From Harriotta raleighana (Eukaryota): a DNA stretch of 64,000 bases. Of the stretch, positions 24,901 to 37,823 are shown in pieces. A program made the translations under genes and the position numbers. The number at the start of each line of letters is the position of its first letter. Within the stretch, counting starts at the first letter, position 1. The notes below the pieces were generated by a model. The model searched no databases and was not told where the DNA came from. It saw nothing but the letters and a program-made list of their open reading frames with translations. The DNA lies in the NCBI GenBank assembly GCA_050575255.1, contig JBNZDD010013632.1:2302480-2366479 (forward strand). The letters are read 5' to 3'.

Positions 24901-27900
24901 GCATCACCATTGCCAAGGGATATCTGTCATTGAGAAAACTGGGGGAAGCAACATAAATAAACCTATCCCTTTGAAAATAGGTTTATTAGCAATAAACAGA
25001 AACAAGCAGGGATAGCTCCTTAATTGAAGTCCTGTTACACAGTGGCAAGATGAGAATAGTCCTTACATTTGAATTAGAAAAGTAGATCAATTAAAATAAT
25101 TAAGCAAACTGAGAGAACAAGATTTGATTGAAGTTCCCTCTTGTAGTTTTTTCCTAGCCATCCTAAGCAGTGTGGTTTCAAACTAAAGACTTTCTTGGCA
25201 GTTTGTTGATATTAATACATGGAATTTCTGTTTTTTTAAATAACAAAAAAAAACATGTGAGCTCAAACTTGCCACAGGGCTGTCATTAATCTTTGCTATA
25301 AACCGCTCCAAATAGCAGTAACTGTTAGGCATTAGTTCTGGTTGAAATTAGCATTTTTTCAAAAGTCCAGTCAGGCGTCACTCTGTTAGTGCATTGGAAC
25401 CAGCTTTCAGGGTTAAAAGCTACAGAAACTGGCTGTAAGATGCATTTGGGTGCTCGCCAAAACAAAGCCTCGGAGGGGGGGAAAAAAGAAAGTCATTATT
25501 TCCATGAGATGAAAGGCAATAGTAAAATAAGATGGAATAGTGATATGCTTAATTAGCATGCATCAAACACCAGGGTTGCAAACATTTTCATCTTTGGAGT
25601 TTAAAAACTAAATCATGAAGCTGATTTCCAAATTGATGTATGCCATGATCTACTTATCAGCAACAATAAGGCATTCATTCATAGCAAAGCTTCCTACTCA
25701 CTCCGTCCAGTACATTGAAATAAAGGTCAAATCATCACAAAAAGTGCAGAGTGTTGTTTACACTGCACTTTTGATATGGAAGCTGGGCTTGCACTGTAAA
25801 TCTTCATTTATGCTTTGACATGTTTGTCAATCATGAAAAAAACCTATTTGTGGACCAATCTGAAAGATTGATCAGAATTGTTTTGCTGACTGAATATCAG
25901 CTTCTGTAGCCTGTGAGCTGTGAACCCAGAACATTGTCGTTCCACATTTATTACCCTCAGAGCTCTTTTGGAATGCTAACTTTCTCTTATACTGCATCTA
26001 GTAGTGGTATATTTCCACAGCACTGCTGAACGCTAGAAATTTATCAGTCAAATCTCATGCTCCCATTTTCACTAATAATTTCTATCACATGCTCACTATT
26101 TGGCATCTAACAGCCTGACAGTATTTGTTTAATTTGAGGTCTGAACAGCAAATCTGACATCAAAATTACAAAGGTACTAGTTTACTCTTTGCTATCATGA
26201 ATCTTATGTTGTAATCCTTTTTTTTCTTGAGACCTGAAGACGTTTTTCTAATCGAAAGTGTTGAATGTGGAACAGTATTGTTTTCTAACCAACTGTTGAC
26301 TGTTCGTTCAGTTAATAGTAATGGTTCATAAGTTATGGATTTGGAAAGAATTAGAAACAATTATTCAAATGTAAGGATTCTGAACAAATGTCCACAATGA
26401 GATCACCACTGTTCAGGTGCCCAATCCCATCACTGCAACTCAACCATGACACTGGATACACAACAGTAAACATGACGTATTCTAGTGAAAGATAACAAGT
26501 TGTTTACTCTAGTTGTATAACAATGGAAAACTAATGGTAGGCACCAAACATGGCATTCTGTGTGCAAAACTGGACGTGGTTTGCTTTTATAGACAATTCA
26601 CACTGGCTTAAATTCTGCAAAATTTTAAATTCTTTAGATTTGCTTGAAAAAAGATTCAATGAGTACCCCATGCAAAATCACGCATTAGAAACTACTCAGT
26701 GTAGCATAATACCTGTACTAACTTTCAATATGAAAATACTGTTAAGATTATTTCTCAATCTTTTGTTGCACTGAATATTGATGCAATAAGCATACCAACT
26801 AACAAGCCTTGTCTGTTATCTTTGATTTTCACATTTCTTTGCTATGTCTTCTAGATTCATAAAGCAATGGTTTTACATTTTCAAAGTAAACCATTCCTGA
26901 TTGGTTCAGAATGCCCAAATTCAATTTTTTTTTAAAAAAGGCAGAACTCACTAAATTTTCAATTAATTCACTGCAAATATTTTGGGGAAAATACTTTTCA
27001 CATCGTGAAACACATTCTTCGATGTCTAACTGCACATTAATTCAAAACTCTTGAATACATAATTTTGTATCTACTGTATTGGGAGATAAGTGGCAGCAAA
27101 GGATTCAGACCATTGCATGTGTCCTACAAAATCCTATATCTGTATGTCTGGGTTAAATTCTAGAATAGTTCACACTTATCACAAGAATGGGTTACAAATT
27201 ATTGCAGAACATGTCTGCAATCTGATCCAAATTATCCAAGTGCAATGTGTATAATTTGAGAGTTTTCGATGTGAATTCCATATGGTATATCTACTTTGCA
27301 AGCACTGACTATTCTTCAGTGTAGTTTCCTTACTTTTCTGTTCCTCTATTTTTCCATCTATGCCAAGGTCATATCCTTCAGTCACTTCAAGTGCACCTTT
27401 TTATTTTTTAACTTTTCAGGCTGATAAAATGTTTAGGGTAATGCCCCAAAATGAAACAAACCCATACGACTCATTTCACTGTCAGTTACTCTACATGTTT
27501 GCACCTGCTTTTCTCCCAGAAGATATAATTCTGCTTGACAGTGATGGATTAGACGTTTACTACAGGGAAACCCATAGCTGTAACAAGTGAAGATACACAG
27601 GCTAGTGAGTACTGATCACCAGAACAACTGATGTCTTGTTAAACTCTTAAGTGTCGAGGCAATTAGTTTGTTGTGGTCTTTGGGGTTTAGTTGGGCTGAG
27701 GGGAATTTGGGTTTTTGTCAATATTGACTAGAGGTCATTCTACATGTGGTCCCTGTATTTACTTGACTTAAAGCAATGTGTTGATCTTAGCCTTCCTCTC
27801 TTGTTTTGGTATCTTGCTTCTTTTGGGCAGCAGGTTTGCTATATTTTGTTTTAGAGTACAACTATGAGCTTTCTGGGAGAGGTCAAAAACTAACTATTTA

Positions 27901-28059
27901 TTTACCCAGCAATGGATGGAGATCAACTGCAACTCATTGTTATAAGCAAATATCTTGTCACCAGTTTCTGATAGTACTCCATAAGTAAAAGGAAAGATAT
28001 GTTCTCTAAAACCTCGTAACCAGTTCAACATAGATATGCTGTACCGAAGGGCTCCTTAT

Positions 28060-28370
28060 CCACATCCCAGTAATTTCCCCAAATCCACTAAGTCAATGCA
28101 GTAGTATAGGATAGTTTGGTGTCCTTGGGCTAGAAAGGGAATCAAAATGTTTGACATTACATCTGATCATTAACCTAGCACCCCAGCTGGGAAGTTAAAC
28201 ATGTGGAGATGTCAGCTGTGGATATTATTGGGCTCAGCTGTGAAGCCCATCACAGATAATAAGCTAAAGATAACCTTATTTCTTTGGATTCACATATGAA
28301 TAATTGCTTGAACATGATACCAAGTCACAGCCAGTAACCAGAGAACTTTAACTTTCGATGAATTGGGAAA
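28060..28370 (+). mobile_element. Ancient decayed SINE family copy
   Basis: gggctcagctgtgaagccc (about 28230) matches ggggctcagctgtgatgcc (about 45862). Confidence 0.55.
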
Positions 28371-28441
28371 AGTAAGCCATTTGTCTTTTTCTCGTCTCCC
28401 CACTCCCCCTTAATTAAATCTGTTTTTGAAAGCTGCCCTAC

Positions 28442-28522
28442 CTTTCTCCTTTTGGCTTCTCTTTATATTGGGTCCATTATCATGATCAACGTGCTCCCCG
28501 TCTCTAGTCCCAGGCAGGCCAG
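28442..28522 (-). CDS. DACH2: DACH2 small exon, 81 nt, phase 1-1: (S)GLPGTRDGEHVDHDNGPNIKRSQKEK(D)
   Basis: Not in ORF track. Acceptor ttctttgccacag|CT, donor AAG|gtaggg. Phase fits both neighbours; resembles the recalled DACH2 segment ..DQDNG..KK.. and DACH1 ..KRMHIEK|D. Confidence 0.85.
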
Positions 28523-29942
28523 CTGTGGCAAAGAATTGTAACATTATTCCACAACTTTGTCTGAACCACAACCAGAGATGTTATCCGATAACATTCTTTC
28601 TGGTTGCCACAAAACTCCTAGATGTTAAATTGCCTGGTAATGTTTGGTCCAGACCCCAGTTCCTTATCGCTCCGTTTTTTTTAAAATCCAAAAGTTCAGT
28701 GTTACTTTAATAAGCAGCTACCTAAAACCAAACTCTCATAACTCACTGATATGTTTAGAATTGCAGCATTGCATTACACTGCATATGTTCTACTGTTATT
28801 TGCAGATAAAACGCTCCTGTTGAAAATGACAAGAACGCTCCTGTTATGACACTATTACAGTACATTCAGTATTTGCAGTCTATCAATGTTGACTATTTTA
28901 TATCCTGAAAATATGATCATAGCTATTATTATAAACTAATATGAAACCAATGCTTCCATAAAGGCACAAGGGTGTTTTCATTAAGGCCTAATAAATGTCT
29001 TTGTTTGTCCAGAAGAAAAGATTTCTTACAGATGTGAATAAAAATTAAGCTAATTTATTTTTAATTTGGAATTTTTTATACCTTCATATAACACTTATTA
29101 TAAATTACCATTAAAATCATCAGAATAAGTAAGAACAATATAATTTGAGATTTAAATTCTGAAAACAAAGTTTGCAATTATTCTTTATTTTTGGCTAGCA
29201 TTTTGAATTAATTATTCAAGCAGATTTAAAATGTCACCTCCAAATTCATCTCGACTATCTTGCTGTTGGGAAGTGATACCTTAGTCAAATTTTTGTTCAA
29301 ATTTAACAACAGCTAAATTTTGTTTAGCTTTTGCCAGGGTTATCATGATCTGGAAATACCTGATTCATTTTTGCAGCGTGAACATGTTTATGGTTTAAGT
29401 ATTGCAATATTGCTTTAGAATATTTACTAAATGTTATTTGTGTGTATCCAAGTATGGAGCACAATTTAAGATCATAGCGCTTGCTTTGCAATCCTTGCTC
29501 TGGGGTTATTGTCACTGAACACTCACTATTTGCTGCACATTTGCCATTGATGCCCACCATGAGATCCACCTCATCAAAAAAAATGCGAAACACAATAGAA
29601 CATATCACATATTATAGTAATTGTAGATAAAACATAAGTGATTTGCTTAAAGTCTTCTCTTGTGGTCACGATAATACTTACAAATCACTCAAACTTCATT
29701 ATCATTAGCTGACCTCCAATCAAAGTGATTATTGCCTTGTAATCATTACCCTCTTCCGACTGCTTGGATCAATAATTATGTAAGATCACACAATAATGTG
29801 TTGTTGGTTACAGATTAACCATTAAATATTGAAGGTAAGATTAAGAATTGAGGTCAAGTGACCTATCTCGGAGACTGCCATCTGGCAGAGTTATTGGTCT
29901 GTGCAACAGTATGGAGTTGAAGCAGCAAAGGAAGTTGCTTAC

Positions 29943-30078
29943 ATATTCTGTCAGCAGCAATATCATGTTGAGATGGTGAACTGGACACACTGCTGCTCTG
30001 GTGTGAAGAGGGGTGACTTCTTGGTCGCTGACTGTCTTCAAGGGAGGGTGCTGGAGATGGGCTATTGTGAACCCGTTC
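29943..30078 (-). CDS. DACH2: DACH2 exon, 136 nt: ERVHNSPSPAPSLEDSQRPRSHPSSHQSSSVSSSPSQHDIAADRI
   Basis: Different frame from the listed ORF. Acceptor tttgccaatag|GAA, donor T|gtaagc. SPSPAPSLE and SSSVSSSP are Dachshund motifs. Confidence 0.95.
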
Positions 30079-33000
30079 CTATTGGCAAACAAAAATACAA
30101 GAGGTTATGACGTTTTAATGGCAAGTTGTATCATTTGCAACATTTCAAACAATGAGATTAATTGATATAATTCTATGAAATTTATACCAACTCAACCGCA
30201 TATTGTTACTGCTGCTGACACTGTGGTGAATTTTTTTGTATTTAGCGCTTTCAATAGGTTTTTGTTCTAAGTATCTTAAATGCATTTACATGGAATACTC
30301 CCGTTGTGTGATACAATGGCACAGCTAGAACATCCAGCATTAATATCAGATTGCGAAACTATGAAAACTAGCCCTACCCATTGAATAATGAATGCAATTT
30401 TCTGCGTTTGTAACAAGGGAAGGGTTTTTAAATTGCATGCTTCATTTATCACAAATAAGGTGAGTAGTGAAGAGTTTGGGGCAGACAGAATGAAGCCAGC
30501 AAAGGGAGTGAGTTCATGTGTTTCCACTGTGACTCTCTCGACCCTTACAGGAAATAAGCTTGTGTTCAACAGACTGTGAATTAGCTAGCCCAGATATCCT
30601 GCATATACAATATGAGTGACATTTGTGAATTCTTTATTGATCTAAGACAGTCTGAATGGATATTAATGCCACATTTGTAATAACTTACATTTCAAAAGTA
30701 ACACTGTGGGTCCTCTTAAAGGGTCAGGACACTTGCGGTTATGACCAAACTAATTAAAATATTCAGCTTCTGCCTCATCAGTTCTCTGTCCTTTATTCCA
30801 TTTTAGAAACTAATTTCTTCATACACAATGGCTATTTCCATCACTTCTTACTAGTATCAAATGTTTATATTTGTGTGAGGTATTCATCTTTCCAAAAATG
30901 AAAAGGATTGTAAATTGAGTCCCTAAAAGGTGATCAATTAGCTGCTGTCAGCACTGGGGCTATGTTTCCTTTGTGAAATTGTGCGCAAACCCAGAGTTTG
31001 TAATTGGGGACTTGTAGTGTCCGTGTGTGTGTGCACACTGAGTTTTGTACCCTACTCCTGGTTTAAATGTTGCTGTAATGGGCAGTCGGCTTGCTTGGCA
31101 GCACAGTGGCAAAGCAGTGTAGCATCAGCTGTTCACAAATGGTCACATCTGTGGATTAGTGCTAAAGCTCTACACACATCTGGTGCTATTAGTCAGTGAA
31201 GCCACTCGGCTGAGACTGGTATAAAAGTAACAGGGCTGGTATAATCGAGTCAACCACAACTGACTTGTGCTTCACTACTTAGAAGAGATTGTAGCCATTT
31301 TCACTCCAGGTACATATGTTTTTCGTGCTACAGTTGTTTTAACGTTACTTTGTCTGGTAGAGCAAAAAATTGCAGCTGGAAGTTACACTCCAAATCGCTC
31401 TTACCTCTGGAGCCATGTTCTAGGCATAGAAGAACTCTGCATGTGTTTGGTTATGCAAAGTTGCTGAATAACTGATAATTCTTTTAAATTATTTACACGC
31501 TAAGGGTGCCACATGCTTTCTCTAACAGCAAAAGCATAATGAACCTCGCTGGAACGTTTAAAATGAATATTTGTTAAGTTCAAAAGTTCCCTTTGCATTA
31601 GTCCCTGTGAACCCAGAACTGTACAGCAGCAAATGCCATTGATTTTCTGAGAATCGAGTCACAGAATCCAAGTCACTTAAACGAGAGTTGCCCTGCGTTT
31701 CTAAATTCTGATTCGATGGAGGAAATGCATCAACTTGACCCTAATTGTGAAATATAACTAGTGCATAAATCTACCCCGAATATGGAAGGGCATCGTGGAA
31801 TAAACGATCAGACCCTCGGGAGAATTTAAACCTGAATCTGGGCCACTGTCTTAATGTATTGTTGTTTATTTTAAGGCATGACTAGTTTAGGAATTGTGCT
31901 TAAGTGTGTAACTAAACAAACCTATTATCAGTCAGTGCACTAATGAGTGGACATGCTTTCTGTTACTTCAGCTCCACAAGCAGTGCCTCATTAGGCAGCT
32001 ACTATTCTGTGGAAGCTGGTTTTAAATCTGCTAAGTAACTATATCATTTGCTAAATAAATCAAATGACTAATGACATGACATTAAGCCAAGCAGTAAAGG
32101 CTTAATGATGAAAGCAATCATATATGTATGAGCATAGTGAAAGTGCATAGACGTACAAAAACGTGTTTTCCAAAACCATTTTTTATGTGGTATAGGCGAC
32201 CTCCAATGCCTCCGCAATGATGCGCAAGGATTGGTAGGGGAGTGGTGGTTCAAGTGAATTATCCTTTTTGTAAAAAAAAAAGTTCATTCCTCTCAATGGA
32301 ATTATATACAATTTTCAGGAGTTTAATCTCAGCAGTTATCTTGGTTTTAAACAGTAAACTTGCTGCTAATTATGGAACTAGATTTTTAAAAGTCACCTAA
32401 CATTGCAGGTGCTGGAGTTATTTGCTCGCCATCTGGCCACGGGTTTGTTTCAGGAATAATAAGTATAAAAGACTAAGTTGCTGAAATTAGTTGTGTGTCT
32501 CTCCATCAAAGATGCTGCCACAAAGGGCTTTCTGTACTGATACAAGTTGTGTTCATGTTACTGTAACTGCTTCCACTGTTTGAGCATTAAAATGATCACA
32601 ATTGCGAACAATATTGAAAGACAAATGGCTACAGACTGTTCGGAACATAGGCCCTTCTACTTTAGCTCAGAATAGGAAGCAGCAAGAGTTCAGTACAATT
32701 TAGTCAGGATTTACTATGGAGAGCTGAAGGAGTAACATTGGTCCTAAATGGTTTTGTGAGATGTGAGCTGTACACCTCTAGCTCTGCCCAGTTGGACACG
32801 ATCTACATGGACTGCAGCTGTGAGTGACCTTTAAGACTCTGCGATTCTATAATCAGAATTGAATTAATTTTTAACTAACCTTGTCCTTAATGCATCATTA
32901 CGGCATTTTGAGTTTTTAATTGTGTTCTATATAAGCATTAATATTCAAACCCCAAGAATTTGTGATTTTTTAATCTAAAATTCACCTTTTGTATATTTTA

Positions 33001-34404
33001 TACATAGTAACTGTATTAATGTTCGAGGAAAAGCTAAAAGGAGACTTTTAGTACCTAAACACTTTTCAATCTTCCAAATTAGCAACTATCGACCCTTTCC
33101 CCAGCACCCATCATTTTGGGACCCTCTTAACAAGTCCTGATGTAAGTGTTGCTGGGAAATCCACTTGTTTCTCTTTGTTTTTGACATGACGGCTAAAGCT
33201 TCAGGCTGCCTTCAAGACTGTTTTAAAGGACATTTCCTACCTTGTGTCTAAACTGGGAAAGGATAAATATTATCCTCTAATTTGATGAGGTTAACTTTGC
33301 GTAGTTCGGATCACATCTGAGGACTCTGCCTATGGCCACCATCCCTTTCTCCCTGGCTCAACTTTGAGCCTCACCACTGTTAGATGCTCCCAAGACTCTA
33401 TCTCATGTGAAGGACTCTATATTGGTGCAAAAGTACAAGATCCTCAGATTTCACCACTGGAATAATGCACAGTGCTATGCTAAGCTTTCGAGACGATGTT
33501 GCTATGAGATCGAATCGGCATATGTTTGAATGGTACCAAATGCGAGAAGAGATTTGGATTGGTTTGACTCGATGGGAACAAAACTAGTCACTGAATATAG
33601 ATGCTTCCTACCAGGTGGTAAATGCGTTATCCATTCCAAAAAAAATATAAGTCAATAATTTGGACATGTTGTCAGTATTCCCACGGCCTTTTCTTGGCTT
33701 TTAGAATTTGAGTAAACGGCTTTGCAACTCTACTGTACTTTCATCAGCTTGGTGGTCCTTATGCCACCAATGGCTGGTGGAGGGGGAATTCAATGTCACA
33801 AATCTATTGATGCCTTTAGACATTGTGACAGAAACATGGGAAGCCAGCACATCCTCCCGACGTGAAAGACGCTATATGTTGTTGTTGCCCTCTACCTATC
33901 GAGAATCCAAATTCAAATGAGGAAAGGGTTGTTTAGGTAGAAGGAAATAAACTGAAATATCGATGTTGTGCTGCTACGACTCATTTGAAGAGAAGTTCTC
34001 AGTCTTATTTCTCTCCCCAATACACACTGTAACAATCAGCAAAGGCTGAACAGGAAGCTTGCATTTCAGGGGCCAAATTCTGCACCAGAACTACAGCCGA
34101 GAGCATTAAAACATGACTGCTGCTCTTTGAGCAGAGATACAGTACAGCAATTCCCAGTACATGTAGAGTCGAATGCGTACATGCGTTCTATTGCTAGATC
34201 TATAAATGATCTGCAAATCTGAAATCACCATATAACACTGCTGTCCATTTGTAGTCCTATTCTTAAGGCACACCAAGTAACACTCCACATCCCTGCACTG
34301 AACAATCAACAGCCTAAACGGTATTCCGATGCTACACAAAGAAAAACAAAATACTGATGAAGCAACCACGTACAGTGTACGGATTGCAGTGGCGTTTGTC
34401 TTAC

Positions 34405-34577
34405 CTTAATCACTGAAGATCCTGCTCGAGAAAGGGGACTGTGCATTTGGGCTGCCACGGCCATGTTAGCTATGGTGCTGAGGTGACTCATCTGGCTCAT
34501 TGCCATGGTAACTGAAGCAGGAGGTAGACTGACTGGGATGAGGGGGTGGGGCATCATCATGAATGGCAACTCTAGTC
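34405..34577 (-). CDS. DACH2: DACH2 exon, 173 nt: (R)LELPFMMMPHPLIPVSLPPASVTMAMSQMSHLSTIANMAVAAQMHSPLSRAGSSVIK
   Basis: Acceptor ccctccaaaaag|GA, donor AAG|gtaaga. Contains the conserved Dachshund motif LPFMMMPHPL. Confidence 0.96.
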
Positions 34578-35756
34578 CTTTTTGGAGGGTGGAAAAAGCA
34601 CACAAAAACAAGTTTGCATACCACCAAAACCAGCCTGAACATTGCTTTGTTAAAACATTACTCTGCTCCCGTTTTAACATCACTGTTTTCACGGTTTCTC
34701 TGATTTAAGCTTGTGGCTATTTTTAAAGAAACAAATGAAATTTTAAAATATGAGAACCCAAGAAGTTTTTTTTTAAATCAGAAAAGAATAGAAATATGAA
34801 TAGGTATATCACAGATGTTTAGTAAGTATTAGATTACACTTGCAGGACATTTTGTAATATTTCTGTCCAGTTGTTAGTTATCGATTCATTTCCTTCTACA
34901 GAGAATATTGCATTCTGGAAGGAAGAAAGATAAGATTGTGCAACCATCCCATCATAGATCTCTTAACATCCAAGAAACACTTCATCTCAGATACTCATTT
35001 CTCCAACGACTACCCACCTACCTCCACCTGGATATAATATATACATGGGAGATGACTAATATATAATAATAATCCTTACATTTGATAATAATAATTACAT
35101 TACATAAGCACTATTCCCTATACACAGATGTTTTTTCCAGAGAAACGTGTAAACTCAATGCCCAAACTGGTGGCAAACTCGCAGCAGAAATAAGAAATGC
35201 TGCCAATGAGGAACATCCAATACAACAAGCGTACAAAAACACTACCCCTACCTATCTATACTCTAATTCGGTATTAGAATATAATTAGATTTGTTGGCAT
35301 AATTTATGCCTGTTTTCTGGACCTTCTCATGNCAAGGTTATTCTAATTAGATTTGTTGGCATAATTTATGCCTGTTTTCTGGACCTTCTCATGGAGATAA
35401 TATATTGGCTCTTGTAATTATCTTAAGAGAAGTATTTTTAAATTCATTCTACAGATGGACTTTGGAAGAAATTGTATAGAACACCTCAGGTCTTAAAAAG
35501 AATTTTAAGTACAAAGTTACTTTCTATTTTAATCTGATTATGATCTTACTTGCTTTATTCAATGTGTTTAAGTGCTCTGAGCAAACCAGGATTATTCTGA
35601 TCAACATCAGAATGCCTTATTTTAAACCCACCATAATTCTGGGCAAATAATGCAAAAACAATGTACTGTATTACAATTTTGGTAAGAATTTGTAATGAAT
35701 GACTTCTACCATCAAACATTCACAGAACCTGTGCTGGTTTCAAATTGTTTGATGTA

Positions 35757-36140
35757 CAACAACAACAAAATTACATTTGTATGGTGCCCTTCATGTCGGG
35801 AGAACGTCCCAAAGTCCTGGACAGTCAGTATCTCGGTCCCTAGCTGAGGTCGGGATCGTGGAGGGAAGGGGGGTTAGTTACCAATGGCACAGTCGAAGAG
35901 GAGGGTCATGAGGCAGATGTGAAGGAGGCTAGGGAGGGGGTGAGGTGGAGGGATTGCGTGCGTGATGGAATTCCAAAGGTTGGGGACAGAGTGACTGAAG
36001 GCTCACCTGCCGATGGTGGGACGGGTCGGTCAGAGTACCTGGAGCAGACAGGAACCTGCTGAGTGGAGGGAGTGGGCAGATTGCTAGGGGGTCACAGAGG
36101 TAGAGTGGGGCAAAGCCATGGAGGGCTTTAAAGGTGTAAT
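35757..36140 (-). mobile_element. L2 LINE 3' fragment
   Basis: Begins (caa)n-aattacatttgtatggtgcccttcatgtcgggag, the reverse complement of the L2 tail at 21940-21996; purine-rich body. Confidence 0.85.
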
Positions 36141-37667
36141 GTTAAACCTTAAAATGTTAAGGTGCTAAATGTACAAAATACAAGAGATTTTGAAATAGGC
36201 TTCCATATGAGGTGCATGTGCCCCTGAAATGTACATTTCTGTATGTTACGAGTATAATACTTGGGCTATTGATACATTTTACACATTATTTGAGTTCACT
36301 GAAAGCTTTGTGTGTGGAGAGAAAGCTAATAGTTAAATTCAATTGTCTGCACAATATTAACATTTTGAATTTCTTTACTTTTGATAAGTAATGATAACTA
36401 TGACACTTAACCCAAATGGGTCTTTCACTTACAGGGTTGTAGACATGCCTGTACTGTCTCTCCAAATTCTAGTGATGAGACCATTCAACTATCAATGATG
36501 AATTGGATTACTGGCTCCTAGGAAAACGTTTTAGCCTTGGTACCTGTTTATCAACCTCTAAAGGATACAGGAGCAATTAGGTGTTGAATTCCGAACTTTC
36601 TGGTCCCAAATCTGATGCTCAAAGGAAATAAGTACCCAGGGTATATATTTTGTCAGATCTGATATAAGTGCGAGTCACTCATGGCATTAGTTGTGATGGC
36701 CAAAATAATGGTTGTTTTGGGGGTGAAAATGTAGACATTTATAAACAAATCATCATTCTTTTTAACCCCACACTGAGCAATGTTTTTGGTGATCAGTTAA
36801 CCATCTTTTTAATAGGTTTTGTGAGCATAACCTCTCGACTCCTTTTCCCATACTTTCAAAAAAAGCAGATTTATTTTGTATGTCACACTCAACAAACCTT
36901 CAAAAGAAATCCAGAGTTGTATTCATCATGCTAAACATAAAAAGGTTTCCGTTTCATAAGCAAGATGAAGGGTTATGGTTAAAGGTAAATTAAGCAAAAA
37001 CTAGTCTTTCTTTCTTCCATTGAATAGGTTGAGACCCACAGATGTTCTACTAATTGCCTATGAATGAAGAACCCTGTCTCTTATACTCCTTGTGTTTAAA
37101 GCATCTCTCGCTCACTCCCACCCCAAACTAAGCAATATGTTCCTTGTAGATTATCAGAGCAACTTCTAACTGCCTTATGCATGTGACCATGTAATATCTT
37201 TGATTGAATGGCATTCGCAATAATCAAGATATCAAAAATTGAGGTGGTTAAGTTATTCCAATACTGGGGCCTTGAAGGCATTTGCACGTAATCAACAAAT
37301 AAACTGTGCCATAAGTAGAGCAGTCTCATCTTTACGTGTGTTTGCGTTTGCTGCTTACCGTGGACAAGATGGTAGATACACGTTACAGTTGTAAAGTACA
37401 AGTTAAAAACACCTACCATTTGTAGTGGATAATTGTTCTACAATTATTTTATTTTATACCAAGACTTTTTTTAATTTCAGATATATGATTTCTTATTCAG
37501 TTACTCAAAAAAAACCACAAGCGCATATATATATATATATTGTCATTTTTTTGTATCTCTCTATCTCTGACTCTCAGACACACAGTCATACATAGTAATT
37601 GCTTAGCACGTCCTCACAGGTCTGCTCTTGCTGGCCTAAGAAAAAGGTACATGCGGACCATGCTTAC

Positions 37668-37823
37668 TGTTGGCTAACAGGTGGTTCTGTTGGAGTGGAC
37701 TAAGCGGGTGTGTGGCTGCGAGACTGTGCTGACCAGACACTGTGGCGTGGCTGACTACATGCTGTGACCCTGTGGTGGTGGGTGACTGGAGTTTCTCCTT
37801 GTCCCACGAAGATTCACTTCCAC
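37668..37823 (-). CDS. DACH2: DACH2 exon, 156 nt, phase 1-1: GSESSWDKEKLQSPTTTGSQHVVSHATVSGQHSLAATHPLSPLQQNHLLAN(R)
   Basis: Not in ORF track; read manually. Acceptor gcacttcag|GT, donor A|gtaagc. GSESSWDK and PLQQNHLL match recalled DACH2. Confidence 0.93.

Noticed and set aside
27334-27396. Possible 63-nt phase 1-1 exon ALEVTEGYDLGIDGKIEEQK with a gtaagg donor
   Set aside because: Acceptor is purine-rich (aaaaaataaaaag) and the true homologous exon is better explained by 28442-28522.
35282-35393. 50-bp direct duplication (35282-35331 and 35344-35393)
   Set aside because: Straddles an N at 35332; most likely a scaffold-gap artefact.
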